Made by a program: the position numbers and the translations under genes. The notes under the pieces are model-generated. The model had not been told where the DNA came from, did no database searches, and saw only the letters and a list, made by a program, of their open reading frames with translations. Shown in pieces: positions 8,529-16,642 of a stretch of DNA of 30,711 bases (positions are counted from its first letter, which is position 1; every line of letters starts with the position of its first letter). This DNA comes from Pirellulaceae bacterium. GTDB taxonomy: Bacteria > Planctomycetota > Planctomycetia > Pirellulales > Pirellulaceae. The stretch lies in assembly GCA_040880405.1 (NCBI GenBank), contig JBBDIM010000090.1:1-30711 (forward strand), in the 5' to 3' direction.

Positions 8529-9446
8529 GTGTCCGCGATTTCGGTTCCATTTGTCGAGCAAATCACCTTGTCCGTCGCAACCACCCCACCCCGGCCCGGC
8601 AAGCGTCCTCGTGCGGCGACATCGCGCGAGGCGTCGATTGGCACGTGGCGCACCGGACGCCGGATCGGTATGGGAAGCTACTGCGACATCTGGCTCGCCC
8701 AACCGCAACCTGCGGCGGGGCAGTTTTTTGATTACGTCGCCAAGGTTGCGAAACCTCAGTATCAAGGCTGGGGCTCCTTGGCCCAGTTGATGCGGCAAGA
8801 GGTTCAGGTGACCCAGTCAATCCGCAGCCCGCATGTCCTCCCGATCATCGACGCGGGCGACGACGCCGATGGTCATTTTTTGATCTTGCCCCGAGTCGAA
8901 GGCCTGAGTCTTGCGCAGCGATTGCGAGAAGCTGGGCCGCTCGATTGTTTAGACGCGATCTGGATCATGCGGCAAGTGGCCCAGGCCCTGGTGGCGGTGC
9001 ATCAAACCGGTTGGCTGCACGCCGATGTCAAACCGGCGAACATCCTTGTCTCCTCCACCGGGCATGTCACCCTGATCGATTTCGGATTCGCGCGACCCAT
9101 CCAATCGCAGATCCGCCGCGATCCACCCAGCCTGCCGCGCCATGGAACCCTCTGCTACATGGCCCCGGAATGCCAAGTCCAAGGTTATCCGATTAGCGCT
9201 GAGGCGGACCTGTACAGCTTAGGCGTTACGCTGTTCGAACTGCTAACCGGGCATCCATTGCCGAATCCGCACGCAAACTGGAATTCCTGGGGGGACGCGC
9301 TACCCCTCGAATCTGCATCACAGATTGACTCCCTCCTCCGAAAACTTCTTTCAAACGACCCACTCCGGCGCCCCCAGTCCGCCGGCGAAGTCGCTTCCCG
9401 GTTGGCATCGATCGAGACGCAGTTGCTCTGCATCGCTTCCGCGTGA
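8529..9446 (+). CDS. Ser/Thr protein kinase (Hanks-type); kinase domain only
   Basis: Glycine loop IGMGSYCDIWLA, a VAKV lysine, catalytic loop HADVKPANILV (a non-RD variant), and DFGFA and MAPE motifs. Confidence 0.8.
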   Translation: MSAISVPFVEQITLSVATTPPRPGKRPRAATSREASIGTWRTGRRIGMGSYCDIWLAQPQPAAGQFFDYVAKVAKPQYQGWGSLAQLMRQEVQVTQSIRSPHVLPIIDAGDDADGHFLILPRVEGLSLAQRLREAGPLDCLDAIWIMRQVAQALVAVHQTGWLHADVKPANILVSSTGHVTLIDFGFARPIQSQIRRDPPSLPRHGTLCYMAPECQVQGYPISAEADLYSLGVTLFELLTGHPLPNPHANWNSWGDALPLESASQIDSLLRKLLSNDPLRRPQSAGEVASRLASIETQLLCIASA

Positions 9447-9462
9447 GTGCCTCCCTCCGCGA

Positions 9463-9547
9463 GTGAAAAAGGGGTCAGGACTCTTTTTAGTAACCCGCTA
9501 TCCAATGGTATACGCGCACCTAAAAAGAGTCCTGACCCCTTTTTCAC
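9463..9547. terminator. Perfect 27-bp inverted repeat (gtgaaaaaggggtcaggactcttttta ... taaaaagagtcctgacccctttttcac) with a 31-nt spacer. Candidate bidirectional terminator or protein-binding palindrome.
   Basis: Read directly: 9463-9489 is the exact reverse complement of 9521-9547. It sits 17 bp after the kinase stop, and the arms carry A/T runs. Confidence 0.6.
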
Positions 9548-9657
9548 GGCCACCCGAGTTCCTGTTTTCTCGCAAATCGATCACCCCTTCGAAATCCGAA
9601 AAATTCCCTCATTGACTCGGCCGTTGGTCGACGATACTATTCATCGTAGATCAACGA

Positions 9658-10008
9658 TTGTCCGTGACTCAAGGTGCCCAAATGGCCAAGGCGTCGAAAA
9701 CTCCCTGCTGCGACGACCAACCGGTCGTGTTGCCACATGATGGTGATGCCCAGCGGTTGGCCGACTTGGCGTGGGCCGTGGCGCATCCGGCCAGGGTGCG
9801 GATTTTGCGGTTGTTGATTGATCGCACCGCCTGCGTTTGTGGAGAGATCGTCGATCAACTGCCCTTGGCTCAGTCGACTGTCTCGCAGCATTTAAAGATT
9901 TTGAAGCAGTCCGGGCTGATCCGGGGCGAAGTCGATGGCCCGAAGGTCTGTTACTGCGTCGATCGCGAACAACTCGAACAGCTAAAATCGCTGATCGCCG
10001 CGTTGTGA
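9658..10008 (+). CDS. arsR: ArsR/SmtB-family metalloregulatory transcriptional repressor
   Basis: HTH region with the metal-binding CVC motif ([36 protein letters not shown]). Lies upstream of arsD-arsA. Confidence 0.85.
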   Translation: MSVTQGAQMAKASKTPCCDDQPVVLPHDGDAQRLADLAWAVAHPARVRILRLLIDRTACVCGEIVDQLPLAQSTVSQHLKILKQSGLIRGEVDGPKVCYCVDREQLEQLKSLIAAL

Positions 10009-10091
10009 GCAAATTTTTTTAACGATAGTGATCGTCAGTCGACGATATACGATATTGTGCTGTTCAACTTTTTCAACGGAGAACCGAAGCC

Positions 10092-10457
10092 ATGAAAACC
10101 ATCCACGTTTACGACAAGCCCCAGTGCTGCTCGACCGGTGTTTGCGGACCGGATGTCGACCCGGTGCTGGTCACCTTCGCCGCCGACCTTCAGTGGCTCG
10201 CAGGCCAAGGCCATCAGGTGGAGCGATTCAACCTGGCCCAGCAGGCCAATGCCTTTCTTCAAAATCGGCAAGTGGAGCAGCTTGTCACGGTCCAAGGGAC
10301 CCGGGTTTTGCCAATCGTGATGGTCGACGACCAGCCGGTTAGCCAAGGCCGGTACCCCAGTCGCGAAGAACTGAACCAATGGACCAGCGGCAAACCGGCT
10401 CCCGCTCCACTGCCTGTCATGGGAGGTGGTGACTGCTGCGGCGGTTCCTGCTGCTGA
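10092..10457 (+). CDS. arsD: ArsD arsenic metallochaperone / trans-acting repressor
   Basis: MKTIHVYDKPQCCSTGVCGPDVD carries the Cys12/Cys13/Cys18 triad. FNLAQQ and GRYP motifs are present, as is a C-terminal Cys-rich tail (GGGDCCGGSCC). Confidence 0.9.
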   Translation: MKTIHVYDKPQCCSTGVCGPDVDPVLVTFAADLQWLAGQGHQVERFNLAQQANAFLQNRQVEQLVTVQGTRVLPIVMVDDQPVSQGRYPSREELNQWTSGKPAPAPLPVMGGGDCCGGSCC

Positions 10458-10507
10458 GATTCCCCTGCACCCGCCAACCTGAAGACCCCCAAAGAAGGAA
10501 CCGAACA

Positions 10508-12286
10508 ATGAGACTCCTAAACCAGCCGACCCGCTACCTGTTTTTCACCGGCAAAGGGGGCGTCGGCAAAACTTCCTTGGCCTGCGCCACCGCCGTTCAC
10601 TTGGCGGACCAAGGCAAACGGGTGCTGCTGGTGAGCACCGACCCCGCTTCCAACCTGAGCGAGGTTTTGGGAACCGAGGTCACCGATCGCTTTCATGCAA
10701 TCGATGGCGCGGAAGGCCTGACCGCTGTGAATATCGATCCCGAGGCGGAGGCCCGCGCCTACCGCGAGCGAACCATCGGCCCGCTCCGCGGAATCCTTTC
10801 CGCGGACGATATCCACAACATGGAAGAGCAGCTCTCCGGGGCCTGCACCATGGAGATCGCGTCGTTCGACCAGTTCACGTCGCTGCTGGCCGATGCGGAA
10901 CAAAACAGTCAGTACGACCATGTGATCTTCGACACGGCCCCCACCGGTCACACCCTTCGCCTGCTGCAACTGCCGGCCGCCTGGACTACCTTCCTCGACG
11001 CCAACACCAGCGGCGCGTCTTGCCTGGGGCCGCTGTCCGGTCTAGAAACCCAGCGGCACCACTATGCCCAAGCGGTAAAGATCTTGGCCGATCCGGCCCA
11101 AACCAAGTTGGCCCTGGTGACAAGAGCCGAAGCGGCACCGCTGCGCGAGGCGGCCCGAACCAGCGGAGAGCTCGCCCATCAAGGGATTCAGAATCAACAA
11201 CTGATCATCAACGGAATCTTCCGCACAACCCAAACCGAAGATCCGTTGGCCGTCGCCTTTTCCCATCGGGCCGAGCAGGCCCTCCAGCAAATGCCGGAAG
11301 CGTTGCGGCAGCTTCCGGTCGACGAAGTTCCGCTTCAGTCCCATAACCTGGTGGGCGTCGAGTCCCTGAGGGCCCTCTTCTCCGGCGATGCGCTCCGCAC
11401 CGAGGCAGACCGATCCGAGGCCTATCACCCCGACCTACCACCACTCTCCGCGCTGGTCGATCAATTGACCGAGTCGGATCATGGCTTGGTGTTGGTGATG
11501 GGGAAGGGTGGGGTGGGTAAAACCTCGATCGCCGCCGCCGTAGCGGTGGAACTCGCCCGACGTGGCCTGCCGGTCCATCTAAGCACCACCGATCCGGCCG
11601 CCCATCTCACGTCCACCTTGGAAGCGGAAGTGCCGGGGCTCCGGGTCAGCCGGATCGATCCGGCCGTCGAAACCAAGGCTTACTCCGATCATGTCCTGGC
11701 CACCTCCGGCAAAGACCTGGACGAGGCAGGCCGCGAGCTGCTGCGAGAAGAGCTACGATCCCCCTGCACGGAAGAGATCGCCGTGTTCCACGCCTTCTCC
11801 CGTTTGGTTCGCGACGCGAAGCGGGAGTTCGTCGTCCTCGACACGGCCCCCACCGGGCACACCTTGCTGCTGCTGGACGCCACCGGCAGCTACCACCGCG
11901 ATGTGATGCGAAACATGAATCCTTCGATCAAGCATGTCACCACCCCGATGATGCAACTGCAAGATCCCCAGCACACGAAGGTGCTGATCGCGGCCCTCCC
12001 GGAAACCACCCCGGTCCTGGAAGCGGAACGCCTGCAAGCCGATCTCCGCCGGGCCAACATCGAGCCGTACGCCTGGATCATCAACTCCAGCCTCGCCGCC
12101 GCCACGACCACCGACCCAATCCTGGCCCGTCGCGCCCGCGGAGAACAGGTACAAATCAACCGAGTCCAAAACGACCTAGCCGAGCGAACTTTTATTGTGC
12201 CATGGCTCGTCGAACCCCCGGTCGGCGTCGCCGGCCTAAGCAAGATGATGGGAGAACCCGCCAAGGAGAAAACCCTCACGCGGTAA
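10508..12286 (+). CDS. arsA: ArsA arsenite-stimulated ATPase with two homologous halves
   Basis: Two GKGGVGKTS P-loops and two DTAPTGHTL signature sequences. The metalloid-binding cysteines are in conserved positions (SGACTMEIASFDQF, GASCLG, SPCTEEIAVFHAF). Confidence 0.92.
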   Translation: MRLLNQPTRYLFFTGKGGVGKTSLACATAVHLADQGKRVLLVSTDPASNLSEVLGTEVTDRFHAIDGAEGLTAVNIDPEAEARAYRERTIGPLRGILSADDIHNMEEQLSGACTMEIASFDQFTSLLADAEQNSQYDHVIFDTAPTGHTLRLLQLPAAWTTFLDANTSGASCLGPLSGLETQRHHYAQAVKILADPAQTKLALVTRAEAAPLREAARTSGELAHQGIQNQQLIINGIFRTTQTEDPLAVAFSHRAEQALQQMPEALRQLPVDEVPLQSHNLVGVESLRALFSGDALRTEADRSEAYHPDLPPLSALVDQLTESDHGLVLVMGKGGVGKTSIAAAVAVELARRGLPVHLSTTDPAAHLTSTLEAEVPGLRVSRIDPAVETKAYSDHVLATSGKDLDEAGRELLREELRSPCTEEIAVFHAFSRLVRDAKREFVVLDTAPTGHTLLLLDATGSYHRDVMRNMNPSIKHVTTPMMQLQDPQHTKVLIAALPETTPVLEAERLQADLRRANIEPYAWIINSSLAAATTTDPILARRARGEQVQINRVQNDLAERTFIVPWLVEPPVGVAGLSKMMGEPAKEKTLTR

Positions 12287-12305
12287 CCAACGCCCTGGGA
12301 CCGCC

Positions 12306-12329
12306 GACGCGTGCGTCGGCAGCATCACC
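12306..12329 (+). other. GC-rich hairpin gccgacgc-gt-gcgtcggc immediately after arsA; possible terminator structure
   Basis: Palindrome read directly from the sequence. No T-run follows, so terminator function is uncertain. Confidence 0.35.
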
Positions 12330-12462
12330 CAGAGAGGCAAGGGTGCCATGCCCACGCCCGTAAGCGTGGGCATGCTTGGGCGGGCGAATCCTCCACCGGC
12401 AACTCTAGTTTGCAACAGCCATGCCGGCCCGTTGGTTGCGGCTAAACCAAAGACGGCTGGGT

Positions 12463-12905
12463 GGTACTGTCAAGGCAATCGACCGGCTCAACAGTGCCAC
12501 CCGGCCGGCAGGAATGATGAACGCAGAGACGCTAGGACGCGAGGACGCAAAGAATCCAATTTAAGCTCTTCGCGTCCTTGCGTCTTGGCGTTGAAAGACT
12601 TTGATTTCAGTCACGGCCAACCTCCACTCGAACCCGGCAATGGCGGTATGGCACTGTCAAAACGTTGCACAACAGTGCCACCCGGCCGGCAGGAATGATG
12701 AACGCAGAGACGCTAGGGCGCGAGGACGCAAAGAATCCAGTTTAAGCTCTTCGCGTCTTTGCGCCTTGGCGTTGAATGACTTTGATTTCAGTCACGGCCA
12801 ACCTCCACTCGAACCCGGCGATGGTGGGATGGCACTGTCAAAACGATGCACAACTCCGTGTGCCACTGGCATCTTGCCAGTGCTTTGCTCTGCCATTGTG
12901 AACAA
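12463..12905. repeat. Tandem direct repeat, unit about 181-187 bp, about 2.4 copies; each unit contains internal hairpins
   Basis: The anchor GGCACTGTCAA starts at 12463 (as GGTACTGTCAA), 12650 and 12831. The anchor CAACAGTGCCACCCGGCCGGCAGGAATGATGAACGCAGAGACGCTAGG starts at 12489 and 12669. Each unit holds a 17-bp hairpin (12536-12584 and 12716-12764), and the second copy shows a compensatory A-T to G-C change. Confidence 0.8.
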
Positions 12906-13121
12906 ACGTCGCCTCGCTCTTGCGTTCCCCACCTGACTCCCATTATGGCACGACTAGAATCACCGGGGTCTACTCAGCCAAAACCACCCGTTTCGTGGCA
13001 CGATTAAACCCCCGCCGCTCAACGTATCGCATGGCCTGGTGATTAACCTTTTGCCATAATGGAGTTCCGCTGGACCGCCCCCGCGCGAGGTTTCGGCGTT
13101 CGCTGAAGATAGAGAACCAAA

Positions 13122-13165
13122 GCACTGGCAATCGACCGGCTCAACAGTGCCACCTGGCCGTACCG
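13122..13165. repeat. Partial additional copy of the 12463-12905 repeat unit
   Basis: agcactggcaatcgaccggctcaacagtgccacctggccg matches 12470-12505. Confidence 0.6.
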
Positions 13166-13271
13166 AATGAAAAGGGTGATTCTGCTATGATCGCCCTCGG
13201 CAGGCAGCAAGCCAACCTAAAAGAGGGGAGTTCGCTCACCCCGTTCGATTCGGCGTCTCGCAATCGCCTAT

Positions 13272-13673
13272 TTACCCGTCATCAATCGTCTTCAGCGGCC
13301 CGTCCACCTTCTCTAGCACGCTTTGCACTTTAGTTTGCAAACGTCCGCTGTGGCCGGCTCGATAGTCGAGCTTGGCGGTGCAGGTGACCCGGTCGCAGTC
13401 TTCGGCCATGGCCGCCATGCAGTCGGCGAGGACCTTCAGGACTTGGTCGAGTTCCCCTTCGATTATGGTTCCCATGGCGTGCAGGCGGTAGTCGAGCCCG
13501 CTCGCGGCGATGATTTTCAGACTTCGCGCAACATAGGGGCTGACGCTATCACCTTTACCCAGGGGGGAAACGCTAAACTCCAACAGAACCATCAAACTCA
13601 CCTCCGCTAGCAGTGCCAAACCGGGAAATTCGTGCGAGAAAGGATCATCGCCACGACCGGTATTTTCGATCAA
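13272..13673 (-). CDS. MTH1187/YkoF-like (UPF0045 / thiamine-binding-like) small protein. The real start is probably the internal Met at 13592.
   Basis: MVLLEFSVSPLGKGDSVSPYVARSLKIIAASGLDYRLHAMGTIIEGELDQVLKVLADCMAAMAE...TAKLDYR fits the MTH1187/YkoF fold family consensus (M..aEvsv.PlG...s.s.yVa.a...l...gl.y....mgT..EGe.dev...v). Confidence 0.65.
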   Translation of the reverse strand: MIENTGRGDDPFSHEFPGLALLAEVSLMVLLEFSVSPLGKGDSVSPYVARSLKIIAASGLDYRLHAMGTIIEGELDQVLKVLADCMAAMAEDCDRVTCTAKLDYRAGHSGRLQTKVQSVLEKVDGPLKTIDDG

Positions 13674-13796
13674 ATCGGTATGGGGACAAGGCGTCTAACT
13701 CGGTACACTTCCGCACCGAGATGACTTTCGCCGGTGCCACGCAGATGACACGAATCGATCAGGCACCTTAACCGCTGCGGGAAAGTTTCACGACCA

Positions 13797-14882
13797 ATGA
13801 AACAAATGTTTACAAACGGCGTACTACTCGTGGCCGTATTGATGCTCGCCGTTCCCACGGTCGTGAAAAGCCAGGACTTGGTTCGTTGGCCTATGGAGCA
13901 GCACGCAAATCGCGAGCAGCAGGCGGTCTATCATCAATCGATTCTCGACCCGAGGCAATTTCCCGCGGAAGAGAGCCTGATCGAGCAAGCGAGTCACTTC
14001 GGCTACGACGAAGGTTTGAGCCAACTCGACGCACCACCACCGGGGGCATACGGTGAATACGACTTCGAGCCGGTCCCCCACGGCGTTGGGTTTGAGGACT
14101 ACGCAGAGCCCAAAATCTACGACTGGACCTTTCTGCCCGCCGAGAATATCTACAAACCGTATATGGCTGGGGTCAAGGAATCCCGGGCATCGGTTCATTT
14201 GATGAAGAACACTGGTGATAACTGGCTCTTGGATGGCAACTTGGGTGGGCGGTTTGGGGTGCTGCGGTTTGGCGACGATTCCGGGATTATGGCGGAAGGG
14301 TTCCAGTGGGATGTCGAGTCAGCGGCCCATGTTCGCTTGGATATCCAGGAAGAGGTGGACGTCCGCTCGGTCGATTTCCGCGCCGGTACTCAGGTCAGTT
14401 GGTCCTACCGGGAAAACCCCCGGCACCGCACGCGATTTGGCTACTACCACATTAGTTCTCACCTCGGGGATGAATTCCTGATTAAGAACTCCGGCTACGA
14501 CCGCCTGAACTATGCGCGCGATGTTCTCATCCTGGGACATTCATACTATTTCACGCCAAGATTTCGCGTGTATGGCGAGATGGGCTGGGCCTTTTACAAT
14601 AAGGAATCGAAGCCCTGGGAGTTCCAATTTGGGTTTGAGTATGCGCCCTACGCCGCCACAGGGCCAATGGGTGAGCCGTTCTTCGCGGTTCACGGCCATT
14701 TGCGTGAAGATGTCCGCTACAGCGGCAACTTTGTATTTCAAGCGGGCTGGGCCTGGGTTGGCGAGGTCCCTGGCCGGACTCTTCGCACGGGACTACATTA
14801 TTACAACGGCAAGAGTAGCCAATACTCGTTTGTGAATCAATTCGAGCAGCAAATCGGCTACGGACTTTGGTACGATTTCTAG
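13797..14882 (+). CDS. Secreted protein, probably an outer-membrane beta-barrel
   Basis: Signal peptide MKQMFTNGVLLVAVLMLAVPTVVKSQ. Aromatic-rich alternating segments and a C-terminal ...GYGLWYDF ending in Phe, which matches the OMP C-terminal signature. Confidence 0.5.
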   Translation: MKQMFTNGVLLVAVLMLAVPTVVKSQDLVRWPMEQHANREQQAVYHQSILDPRQFPAEESLIEQASHFGYDEGLSQLDAPPPGAYGEYDFEPVPHGVGFEDYAEPKIYDWTFLPAENIYKPYMAGVKESRASVHLMKNTGDNWLLDGNLGGRFGVLRFGDDSGIMAEGFQWDVESAAHVRLDIQEEVDVRSVDFRAGTQVSWSYRENPRHRTRFGYYHISSHLGDEFLIKNSGYDRLNYARDVLILGHSYYFTPRFRVYGEMGWAFYNKESKPWEFQFGFEYAPYAATGPMGEPFFAVHGHLREDVRYSGNFVFQAGWAWVGEVPGRTLRTGLHYYNGKSSQYSFVNQFEQQIGYGLWYDF

Positions 14883-15050
14883 CGCACCGTGCCACGTGCC
14901 CCACTAAGGGGCTGGAGGCTGGTGTGGGCGGAGATCTCACCCTGTGAAAGTCCGCGCCCGCCGATTCGCCCCTTTTCGTTGCCAGTTGATTCGCCCCGCC
15001 CTATAATTCGGGGGCGTAACTACAGGTGAATTTGTCGCTTACGGCGTCTC

Positions 15051-16457
15051 ATGAGCGTGACGCCCAAGGGCCTCTTTAGGAAGTATCAGGGCATGAACTG
15101 GCGCACCGGATTTCATTGGCTATCGGTCGGCCTGCTGCTGACATGTTTCCAAATCGGCAGTTTCCCAGGCGGAGCCCTAGCGGCCGAAGTTGAGGAAGAG
15201 AAACCGAAAGGTGTGCGGCCGGAAAACGTGTACGCCGAAATCGACGATCAATACGTCGAGTTAATCCAGCTATTCGCCGACACCCTGGATCAGGTCGATC
15301 GGAATTACGTGAAGGATGTTGACCGTCGCGAGTTGATGGAGGCCGCGATCCGCGGCGTGATCTCCAAGCTTGATCCCTATTCCAACTATATCGCTCCCGA
15401 TGAGCTCGACCGCTTTAAAACGGGGGTCGAAAGCGAGTTTGGCGGGATCGGCATTCAAATTGGGTTGCGCAATGAGCAGTTGATCGTTACCAGCCCCATG
15501 ATCGACACGCCCGCTTTTCGGGCCGGCATTCTTGCTGGCGACCGGATCACCCACATCAACGGCGAGCCTACGAAAGGGTTCAGCTTGGAAGAAGCGATCA
15601 AGCGGCTGAAAGGGCCCATTGGTACCGAAGTTGACGTGACCATTTACCACCCGGCCGATTTCTCTAGTGAAGAGATCAATCTCCGCCGGGAGAACATCCA
15701 GATTGAAACAATCATCGGAGACCAACGGCTGGAAGATGGTACCTGGGACTTCCTGTTGGATCATGAGAGCAAGCTCGGCTACATCCGCATGACCGCCTTT
15801 AGTCGGATGACCGCGGGCCAACTCCGCTCGGTTATCGAGCGTTTGCTGGACCAAGAGATGGAGGGTTTGGTGCTTGATTTGCGGTCCAACCCAGGCGGCT
15901 TGCTCGGCTCGGCGGTCGAGGTGTGCGATATGTTTATCGACTCTGGTAAGATCGTCAGCACGGAAGGACGCAACTCACCCAAGCGGAGTTGGAGCGCGTC
16001 TTCGCAGGGCACCCTGCCTGAGTTTCCAATGGCCGTGCTGATCGACGGATTCAGCGCCAGTGCCAGCGAGATCGTCTCCGCCTGCCTGCAGGATCACGAC
16101 CGAGCGGTGGTCATCGGACAACGTTCGTGGGGCAAGGGGAGCGTCCAGAACATCGTCGAGCTGGAAGCGGGCAAAAGCGCCCTCAAGTTGACCACCGCGG
16201 ACTACCAGCGACCCAGCGGCAAGAAGATTCACCGGTATGAAAAGGACACGGAAAAGGACGACTGGGGTGTCTCACCGAGTGATGGCTTCGAAGTAAAACT
16301 CTCTCGCGACCAATTAATCGCCTACAGTCGATATCGCCGAGCCCGGGACATGCAGTCGCTCAATCCATCTCCCCCGGCCCCTGAGACCGACTTGACGGAA
16401 ATCGACCCGACCCTGACCAAGGCATTGGAATATCTCCGGGAAGAGATCTCTCAATAG
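15051..16457 (+). CDS. ctpA: C-terminal processing (tail-specific) peptidase, family S41, containing a PDZ domain
   Basis: N-terminal signal/TM segment, a PDZ segment (GIGIQIG...AGILAGDRITHINGEP), and the S41 catalytic region (LRSNPGGLL, DGFSASASEIVSACLQDH, GQRSWGKGSVQ). Confidence 0.88.
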   Translation: MSVTPKGLFRKYQGMNWRTGFHWLSVGLLLTCFQIGSFPGGALAAEVEEEKPKGVRPENVYAEIDDQYVELIQLFADTLDQVDRNYVKDVDRRELMEAAIRGVISKLDPYSNYIAPDELDRFKTGVESEFGGIGIQIGLRNEQLIVTSPMIDTPAFRAGILAGDRITHINGEPTKGFSLEEAIKRLKGPIGTEVDVTIYHPADFSSEEINLRRENIQIETIIGDQRLEDGTWDFLLDHESKLGYIRMTAFSRMTAGQLRSVIERLLDQEMEGLVLDLRSNPGGLLGSAVEVCDMFIDSGKIVSTEGRNSPKRSWSASSQGTLPEFPMAVLIDGFSASASEIVSACLQDHDRAVVIGQRSWGKGSVQNIVELEAGKSALKLTTADYQRPSGKKIHRYEKDTEKDDWGVSPSDGFEVKLSRDQLIAYSRYRRARDMQSLNPSPPAPETDLTEIDPTLTKALEYLREEISQ

Positions 16458-16642
16458 GGTTTTCGTTTGCGTCGCGAGGATGTGCGAGACAAGGTGCCGC
16501 TGCGGCCCCGTTTTCGGACGGTTTCCCAGGCCTCAGGGGACTGGCGGGGCTTGGAGGATTCGCCGGGCGCGTTTAAAAATAGCGGGGTTGATACCATATT
16601 CCCGCTGTCCCCGTTCCCCTGAATCGCCGGCAAGCACCCTCC

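Noticed and set aside
9185-9615. Opposing ORFs 9185-9553 (-) and 9325-9615 (+), which share the peptide KKGSGLFL...LKRVLTPFS
   Set aside because: The shared peptide is a mirror artefact of the perfect 27-bp inverted repeat at 9463-9547. Neither ORF shows gene-like features.
10517-12279. Several minus-strand ORFs (10517-10969, 11042-11428, 11753-12169, 11890-12279) inside arsA
   Set aside because: They are antisense to a confidently identified ArsA with duplicated P-loops. This is typical spurious ORF generation in GC-rich DNA.
12463-12905. Whether the tandem repeat could be a CRISPR array
   Set aside because: The repeat unit is about 183 bp with no repeat/spacer alternation of 25-40 bp. Whole units repeat rather than short repeats separated by unique spacers. 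No cas genes are nearby.
12348-12936. ORFs 12348-12698 and 12601-12936 (116 and 111 aa) with near-identical peptides
   Set aside because: The identity comes from translating the ~183-bp DNA tandem repeat. The sequence is dominated by hairpins and there is no start or signal context, so I treat the region as noncoding structured DNA or RNA.
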